A stretch of DNA of 64,000 bases. Source: Zootoca vivipara. Lineage: Eukaryota. This document shows, piece by piece, positions 56,147 to 64,000 of this stretch (positions are counted from its first letter, which is position 1; every line of letters begins with the position of its first letter). Location: NCBI RefSeq assembly GCF_963506605.1, contig NC_083288.1:44516001-44580000 (forward strand). Reading direction: 5' to 3'. A program made the translations under genes and the position numbers. The notes beneath the pieces were generated by a model, which ran no database searches, was not told the origin of the DNA, and saw only the letters and a list, made by a program, of their open reading frames with translations.

Positions 56147-56517
56147 TCAGTCATCATACATGGGCATTAAGAGAATGAACGATCAAGGCTGAGTTTGCTT
56201 GCTTGTTTCTTTCATGCTGCAAAACAGTAATAAAAAAAAAATTGAAGCACTCACCTCATTACTGACCCAAGAGATGATTCGCACACCTGCTTGCTTGTAA
56301 CTGCTTCATTCTTTGGAACGGCATCCTCTCTTTATGGTTGTGTCAGCCGCTGTGGTTTATTGTGACTCAGATAGCATGCAGAGAGTGCTAGTCTCAGTTA
56401 AGCGATAACCACCAAGTTGTACATCATAGGAGACAGCCGAGTAGGAACTCAAATAAAGCTGTTTGGGGTTTTACATATTGCTCTCAGGTTGCTGTGTGTC
56501 TCGGAAGGGACTTACCA

Positions 56518-56527
56518 ATAGATAGAT

Positions 56528-56563
<36 letters not shown>
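56518..56563. repeat. (GATA)n microsatellite
   Basis: Direct reading. Confidence 0.95.
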
Positions 56564-56980
56564 TAACATTTGGGAAGTCAGAGATTTGACTCTGAAAGAA
56601 CTGTTGCATTCCTGAAGGGCTGTAGGGTTTTGTTTTTTCTTAAATCCCTTTTCAAATGGGCAAATCACCTGCAGGTGTCAGAGAGGGACACAAGGGACTG
56701 GCTGATTTTGTGCAAGAAAAGTGAGAACTGGCAGCTTTGAAGATGTGGGGTGTGATTCTAGAGATTCATGATATCTGATTTTGACTCGGAAGTAGCAGTG
56801 AACACACAGAGAGAGACACTGGAGGGGGTTCTTTGTCCACGCAGAGGGTTAGGCCTTTCGCCTGAACCATTTCCCCAATCTGATTGAAGCCCCCTCCTCC
56901 ATACACCACAAGCTTCCCATAAGGGGGAAATGCAGGCACACAACGAAGAACTGCAGAGCTGGTAAAGACCCCATCTAGTC

Positions 56981-57116
56981 CAGGCATAGGCAAACTCGGC
57001 CCTCCAGATGTTTTGGGGCTACAACTTCCATCATCCCTAGCCAACAGGACCAGTGGTCAGGGGTGATGGGAGTTGTAGTCCCAAAACATCTGGAGGGCCG
57101 AGTTTGCCTATGCCTG
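56981..57116. mobile_element. Palindromic hAT-type MITE inserted in a CR1-like 3' end
   Basis: CAGGCATAGGCAAACTCGGCCCTCCAGATGTTTTGG mirrored at the other end; flanks ATCTAGTC/GACTAGTC. Confidence 0.8.
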
Positions 57117-57565
57117 GACTAGTCCAACTCCCTCCAATCACATCTAAAGAAACCCTGACAGATCCAATCTCTGTTTGAAAACTTCCAACAAAGCTCACCA
57201 CCTTCCAAGGGTGTCACAGGCCAGGCTCACCTGCTGAACAGCAGCCTGAAGAGGGAGAAGGCAGAGTGACTCCACCTGCAGCTGATCACCCTTGCAGGAC
57301 TTAGAGGAGAAGGCACGGATGAGAACTGGCTGGCTTCAGCCTTCTTAAGCAGAGCTTCCAGCAGCAGTCAGGTGCTGGAAACAACGCTTGTTATTCCCTA
57401 CCTTACCTTGCTGCATCCTGCTTGTCTTGGCCCTTGACCTCATGATCATTGGATTCTCTGACCCTTAGATTGTCTGACCATGTGCTGATCGCCCAACCTT
57501 TGGACTGGGCTTTACTTTGGATGCTCCAGGCAAAAATACACCTCAGTGACTCTTTGGGTTGGCTG

Positions 57566-57655
57566 CATAGCTGCCAAGTTATCCCTTTTTTTAAGGGAAA
57601 TTCCCTTATGCTGAATAGGCTTCCTCGTGAGAAAAGGGAAAACTTGGCAGCTATG
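57566..57655. mobile_element. 90-bp hAT MITE
   Basis: TIR CATAGCTGCCAAGTT; exact 8-bp TSD GTTGGCTG. Confidence 0.85.
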
Positions 57656-59012
57656 GTTGGCTGCCCTCCCACTCCACTGAGCTCTGCACACCGAGCCTCA
57701 GCAACAAAACTCCGGCAGTGGAGTCTGTCCCACTGTCAAACTGTCAGAGAGATTTTTCATTTAATCAGAATCTCCTGTCTTGTAATATGAATCCATTGGT
57801 TCAGGCCCAATAGCAGAAAGCAAGTTTGCTCCGTCCTCTGTGGGACAGCTCTTCAGATATTTGTAGGTGGCTATCATACCACTCCTCTCAGTCTACTCTT
57901 CTGCAGCCTAAACCATACCTAACTCTCTCAACCGTTCCTCTTAAGTGGTCTACTTTCCAGATACTTTGGCTTAACCAGGCCAAGGACTCTGGCCATTTGC
58001 TGGCTTAAGAGCTATGCTTGCCCTGTCTATCAAAAGGAAGGTGCAGGGAGCATGTCGTTTGTTGGATCAGCATCTTAACCAATGGTCAGAGGTGATGGGA
58101 GTTGTGGACGAGCAACATCCCTCGAGGGCCGCAGGTTCCTCATCCCTGAACTATTCCGTGATGGCTTCTGCTCTACATTGCTATGGGGCAAAGAGATTAG
58201 TTCTACATATCCCACAATGCATCGTTGCAGCTTATCACTGCTTGCTGATCCCCTTCCTCTCTCTTATTTACCAAAGGACATGGTTCACGCCATTCTAACT
58301 TTCTTAATACTCCCATTCCTTAAAAATTCCAGAGCAGTTAACCAATAAGAATATCAGGCCAATAAAATGGATTATCCTTTGGCCTAGATATGCTTCAGAT
58401 CGTTCCTTTCCCCCAACCAACCGAATTTTCTTGTTGTTGGCTTTTGATCTGATTTCATCCTGATGTGAATTCTGACAACATTGTTCCATATTTATTTATT
58501 TATTTATTTTATAATAATTTTTATTAATTTTATATATAAACAAATGAATACATAAAAAAATCAAGTATAATTCCCATGACATTATTCATACAAAAAAATA
58601 AACAATAAAAATTATAAAATAAAAACCAAATTAATTTTCAGCATTTAAACATTTCATATCATTTTCCATTAGGGACTTCCTCGGAGTCCCCCCTCTGCGT
58701 TTCATTACTAATTTTCCCAGCAAATTCTATATCTTAACTTAACTCATACAATTTACACTATTTTTTTCCACACCTTCTATCATAATTCAGAATCTGCATT
58801 TTCTAACATTGTTCCATATTTAGTTCTTACTAAATATTTCCCCATATTTATTTCTTAATGTCCTGATAGGCGCTGGGGATAGAACCTGGGACCTGCTGGT
58901 TGCAAAACAGATGATCTGCCCTTGAGCTACAGGGCTTTTTCCCCCAGCTGAAACCCAAAGAAGGGCATCCTCTCTGGGCACTGGAGAGGGTCTTCTCGTG
59001 AGCCACAGGTGC

Positions 59013-62000
59013 TTGTTGTTGTTTAGTCGTTTAGTCGTGTCCGACTCTTCATGACCCCATGGACCATAGCACGCCAGGCACTCCTGTCTTGCACTGGCTC
59101 CCGCAATTTGGTCAAACTCATGTTCGTAGCTTCGAGAACACTGTCCAACCATCTTGTCCTCTGTCGTCCCCTTCTCCTAGTGCCCTCCATCTTTCCCAAC
59201 ATCAGGGTCTTTTCCAAGGATTCTTCTCTTCTCATGAGGTGGCCAAAGTATTGGAGCCTGAGCTTCACGATCTGTCCTTCCAGGGAGCACTCAGGGCTGA
59301 TTTCCTTAAGAATTGATAGGTTTGATCTTCTAGCAGTCCATGGGACTCTCAAGAGTCTCCTCCAGCACCATAATTCAAAAGCATCAATTCTTCGGCGATC
59401 AGCCTTCTTTATGGTCCAGCTCTCACTTCCATACATCACTACTGGGAAAACCATAGCTTTAACTATACGGACCTTTGTCGGCAAGGTGATGTCTCTGCTT
59501 TTTAAGATGCTGTCTAGGTTTGTCATTGCTTTTCTCCCAAGAAGCAGGCGTCTTTTAATTTCGTGACTGCTGTCACCATCTGCAGTGATCAAGGAGCCCA
59601 AGAAAGTAAAATCTCTCACTGCCTCCATTTCTTCCCCTTCTATTTGCCAGGAGGTGATGGGACCAGTGGCCATGATCTTGGTTTTTTTGATGTTGAGCTT
59701 CAGACCATATTTTGTGCTCTCCTCTTTCACCCTCATTAAAAGGTTCTTTAATTCCTCCTCACTTTCTGCCATCAAGGTTGTGTCATCTGCATATCTGAGG
59801 TTGTTGATATTTCTTCCGGCAATCTTAATTCCGGCTTGGGATTCATCTAGTCCAGCCTTTCGCATGATGAATTCTGCATATAAGTTAAATAAGCAGGGAG
59901 ACAATATACAACCTTGTCGTACTCCTTTCCCAATCTTGAACCACTCAGTTGTTCCATATCCAGTTCTAACTGTAGCTTCTTGTCCCACATAGAGATTTCT
60001 CAGGAGACAGATGAGGTGATCAGGCACTCCCATTTCTTTAAGAACTTGCCATAGTTTGCTGTGGTCGACACAGTCAAAGGCTTTTGCATAGTCAATGAAG
60101 CAGAAGTAGACGTTTTTCTGGAACTCTCTAGCTTTCTCCATAATCCAGCGCATGTTTGCTATTTGGTCTCTGGTTCCTCTGCCCTTTCGAAATCCAGCTT
60201 GCACTTCTGGGAGTTCTCGGTCCACATACTGCCTAAGCCTGCCTTGTAGAATTTTAAGCATAACCTTGCTAGCGTGTGAAATGAGCGCAATTGTGCGGTA
60301 GTTGGAGCATTCTTTGGCACTGCCCTTCTTTGGAATTGGGATGTAGACTGATCTTCTCCAATCCTCTGGCCATTGCTGAGTTTTCCAAACTTGCTGGCAT
60401 ATTGGGTGTAGCACCTTAACAGCATCATCTTTTAAAATTTTAAATAGTTCAGCTGGAATATCATCACTTCCACTGGCCTTGTTATTAGCAGTGCTTTCTA
60501 AGGCCCATTTGACTTCACTCTCCAAGATGTCTGGCTCAAGGTCAGCAACCACACTACCTGGGGTGTACGAGACCTCCATATCTTTCTGGTATAATTCCTC
60601 TGTGTATTCTTGCCACCTCTTCTTGATGTCTTCTGCTTCTGTTAGGTCCTTACCACTTTTGTCCTTGATTATGGTAACCTTTGTACGAAATGTTCCTTTC
60701 ATATCTCCAATTTTCTTGAACAGATCTCTGGTTTTCCCCATTCTATTGTTTTCCTCTATTTCTTTGCATTGCTCATTTAAGAAGACCCTCTTGTCTCTCC
60801 TTGCTGTTTTTTGGAAATCTGCATTCAGTTTCCTGTATCTTTCCCTATCTCCCTTGCATTTTGCTTGCCTCCTCTCCTCCGCTATTTGTAAGGCCTCGTT
60901 GGACAGCCATTTTGCTTTCTTGCATTTCCTTTTCCTTGGGATGGTTTTCGTTGCTGCCTCCTGTATAATGTTACGAGCCTCCATCCATAGTTCTTCAGGC
61001 ACTCTGTCCACCAAATCTAAATCCTTAAACCTGTTCCTCACTTCCACTGTGTATTCATAAGGGATTTGATTCAGATTGTATCTTACTGGCCCAGTGGTTT
61101 TTCCTACTTTCTTCAGTTTAAGCTGGAATTTTGCTATAAGAAGCTGATGATCTGAGTTACAGTCAGCTCCAGGTCTTGTTTTTGCTGACTGTATAGAGCT
61201 TCTCCATCTTTGGCTGCAGAGAATATAATCAATCTGATTTCGATGCTGCCCATTTGGTGATATCCATGTGTAGAGTCGTCTCTTGTGTTGTTGGAAGAGA
61301 GTGTTTGTGATGACCAGCTTGTTCTCTTGACAGAACTCTATTAGCCTTTGCCCTGCTTCATTTTGAAACTGCCAAACTTGCCAGTTGTTCCTTTTATCTC
61401 TTGATTCCCTACTTTAGCATTCCAATCCCCTGTAATGAGAAGAACATCCTTCTTTGGTGTCATTTCTAGAAGGTGTTGTAGGTCTTCATAGAATTGGTCA
61501 ATTTCACTTTCTTCAGCACCGGTAGTTGGTGCATAAACTTGGATTACTGTGATGTTAAAAGGTCTGCCTTGGATTCGTATCGAGATCATTCTGTCATTTT
61601 TGAGATTGCATCCCATTATAGCTTTTGCCACTCTTTTGTTGACTATGAGGGCCACTCCATTTCTACTACGGGATTCTTGCCCACAGTAGTAGATATGATA
61701 GTCACCCGAACTGAATTCGCCCATTCCCTTCCATTTTAGTTCACTGATGCCCAGGATGTCGATATTTATTCTTGTCATCTCATTTTTGACCACATCCAGC
61801 TTACCTCCACTCATGGTTCTTACATTCCAGGTTCCTATGCAATATTTTTCTTTACAGCATCGGACTTTCCTTTCGCTTCCAGGCATATCCGCAACTGAGC
61901 GTCCTTTCGGCTTTGGCCCAGCCGCTTCATCAGCTCTGAATCTACTTGTACTTGTCCTCCGCTCTTCCTCAGTAGCATGTTGGACGCCTTCCGACCTGAG

Positions 62001-62230
62001 GGGCTCATCTTCCAGCGTCATAACTTTTATATGCCTGTTGTCTTTGTCCATGGGGTTTTCTTGGCAGGGTTACTGGAGTGGCTTGCCAGTTCCTTCTCCA
62101 GGTGGATCACGTTTAGTCAAAACTCTCCACTATGACCTGTCCATCTTGGGTGGCCCTGCATGGCATAGCTCATAGCTTCTCAGAGTTATTCAAGCCCCTT
62201 CGCCACGACAAGGCATTGATCCATGAAGGG
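59013..62230 (-). mobile_element. Full-length BovB (RTE) LINE, 3.2 kb, single frameshift
   Basis: APE endonuclease (IGTWNVRTM, LGISE, GDWNA; 62051-61341) and RT (QGCILSP, LRYADD; ORF ends 59023); (CAA)n tail; exact 13-bp TSD GAGCCACAGGTGC. Confidence 0.95.
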
Positions 62231-62738
62231 GAGCCACAGGTGCAGTGGTGCTTTAATGAGACTCTTCAGCCTCCTGGGCTAACAGCTGATGCACAGGAAG
62301 AAAGCCTCTCCTGCCTCAATTCCGTTAGTGGAGAAGCAGGAGGGGCAAGGCAAAAAAAAAAAGCACTAGGAAAAAAAGCACTGGCTACAACCCTTCTTCG
62401 CAACGTGGGTCCTGCTGGAGGTTTTACTTTCTGGCCTTTTTGTGCCCTGATGCTGGCTTGCAGGGGGGAGAAATGAAGTCATAGCCGATAGAGGAAGCTG
62501 TGACAGGGATTCCTTTTCTTTGCATGTTCCCTGCCCTACACAGATCTGCATTTGCAGGCCACTTCCCTGTTGAGGTTTGATCTCTGGTTCTTTAGAACTG
62601 CCTATTGTTCTTTTCTTGGAAGAGGAAGAGAAGCTCAGCTGTGCAGGCAGCCACAGCTCCTCTGAACTCCTCTGAAAAAAGAAAGAAGCAGGCCCCATCT
62701 GCGCTATACGTTTAGCTCCTGGGAACTGCGGTTTCCAA

Positions 62739-62772
62739 GCATTGGTGGTATAGTGGTTAGCATAGGTGCTTT
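62739..62772 (+). pseudogene. 5' half of tRNA-Gly(TCC)-like sequence
   Basis: GCATTGGTGGTATAGTGGTTAGCATAGGTGCTT versus canonical GCGTTGGTGGTATAGTGGTTAGCATAGCTGCCTT. Confidence 0.6.
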
Positions 62773-62774
62773 AA

Positions 62775-63456
62775 GAGTGCAGGTCAATTCTGTGTCCAGG
62801 GCAGCTGTCTACCAGCTCCATCTGGTACGTAGGCTGAGACCCTACCTGCCCACAGACTGCCTCGCCAGAGTGGTGCATGCTCTGGTTATCTCCCGCTTGG
62901 ATTACTGCAACACGCTCTACGTGGGGCTACCTTTGAAGGTGACCCGGAAACTGCAATTAATCCAGAATGCGGCAGCTAGACTAGGGACTGGAAGTGGCCG
63001 CCGGGACCACATAACACCGGTCCTGAGAGATCTACACTGGCTCCCAGTACGTTTCCGAGCACAATTCAAAGTGTTGGTGCTGACCTTTAAAGTCCTAAAC
63101 AGCCTCGGTCCAGTATACCTGAAGGAGCGTCTCCTCCCCCATCATTCAGCCCAGACACTGAGGTCCAGCTCCGAGGGCCTTCTGGTGGTTCCCTCACTGC
63201 GAGAAGTGAGGTTACAGGGAACCAGGCAGAGGGCCTTCTCGATAGTGGCACCCGCCCTGTGGAACACCCTCCCATCAGATGTCAAGGAAACAAACAACTA
63301 TCTGACTTTTAGAAGACAACTGAAGGCAGCCCTGTTTAGTGAAGTTTTTAATGTTTGATGTTTTCTCATATTTTTAATATTCTGCTGGGAGCTTCCCAGA
63401 GTGGCTGGGGAAACACAGCCAGATGGGCGGGGTATAAATAATAAATTATTATTATT
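62775..63456 (+). mobile_element. L2-clade LINE 3' fragment with open ORF2 C-terminus
   Basis: VHALVISRLDYCN...LQLIQNAAARL...HITPVLRDLHWLPV...RAFSIVAPALWN. Confidence 0.88.
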
Positions 63457-63581
63457 AGTGTGGTGCTAATAATGCCAAAAGTTGCAGGTTTGATCCCTGT
63501 ATAGGACAGCTGCATATTCCTGCATTGTGGGGGTTGGAGCAGATGATCCTCAGGGGCCCTTTCAATTCTACAGTTCTATGA
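63457..63581 (+). mobile_element. CR1-tailed SINE with partial tRNA-Ile(AAT) head
   Basis: GTGGTGCTAATAATGCCAAAAGTTGCAGGTTTGATCCCTGTA plus the shared tail. Confidence 0.75.
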
Positions 63582-63625
63582 ATGTTTTGGTTCAATGTGA
63601 CTTTAGGATATACGGTTTTAATTAT

Positions 63626-63837
63626 AAAAAATATTCCTTCAGTAGCACCTTAAAGACCAACTAAGTTTATATTTTGGTATGAGCTTTCGTGTGCATGCAC
63701 ACTTCTTCAGATACCCTGAAGAAGTGTGCATGCACATGAAAGCTCATACCAAAATATAAACTTAGTTGGTCTTTAAGGTGCTACTGAAGGAATATTTTTT
63801 ATTTTGCTTCGACTCAGACCAACACGGCTACCTACCT
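63626..63837. mobile_element. Penelope-like insertion with inverted terminal duplication and two hammerhead motifs
   Basis: 85-bp arms (63626-63710 and 63716-63800, one mismatch); exact 12-bp TSD GGTTTTAATTAT. Confidence 0.85.
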
Positions 63838-63864
63838 GGTTTTAATTATGTTTATGTACCACCA

Positions 63865-64000
63865 GGACCCAGGTGGCGCTGTGGTTAAACCACTGAGCCT
63901 AGGGCTTGCTGATCAGAAGGTCGGCGGTTCGAATCCCTGTGACGGGGTGAGCTCCTGTTGCTTGGTCCCAGCTCCTGCCAACCTAGCAGTTCGAAAGCAC
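63865..64000 (+). mobile_element. Sauria SINE 5' part (runs off window)
   Basis: GGACCCAGGTGGCGCTGTGGTTAAACCACTGAGCCTAGGGCTTGC... Confidence 0.85.

Noticed and set aside
57212-57720. Possible second solo LTR inside a CR1-like fragment
   Set aside because: TG start seen but no convincing matching end or TSD.

Overview
Vertebrate (squamate, probably lacertid lizard, judging by Sauria SINEs, BovB, CR1, L2, hAT MITEs and Penelope-like ends) genomic DNA. 1-27 kb is a mixed replication-dependent histone/tRNA cluster: H2A, three H2B, one 3' H2B fragment, two H4; tRNA-Phe x2, initiator tRNA-Met x2, Lys-CTT, Asp-GTC. Inside it lies an intact 893-aa ZBED-type (BED finger + hAT-derived) gene that looks domesticated and catalytically degraded, head-to-head with an H2B lacking an H2A partner. 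32-48 kb is a complete HNRNPC gene (minus strand) with C1/C2 alternative donors, a 26-nt 5'UTR micro-exon and candidate uORF-bearing regulatory cassette exons. 52-53 kb is an intronless orphan class A GPCR resembling the GPR4/65/68/132 group. 59-62 kb is a full-length BovB LINE with one frameshift and a perfect 13-bp TSD. Five short Penelope-like insertions carry minimal type-I hammerhead ribozyme motifs (three with intact cores), one as an 85-bp-arm palindrome. CR1-tailed SINEs share one tail but carry Lys, Ile or Asn tRNA heads. All calls are by eye; no searches were run.
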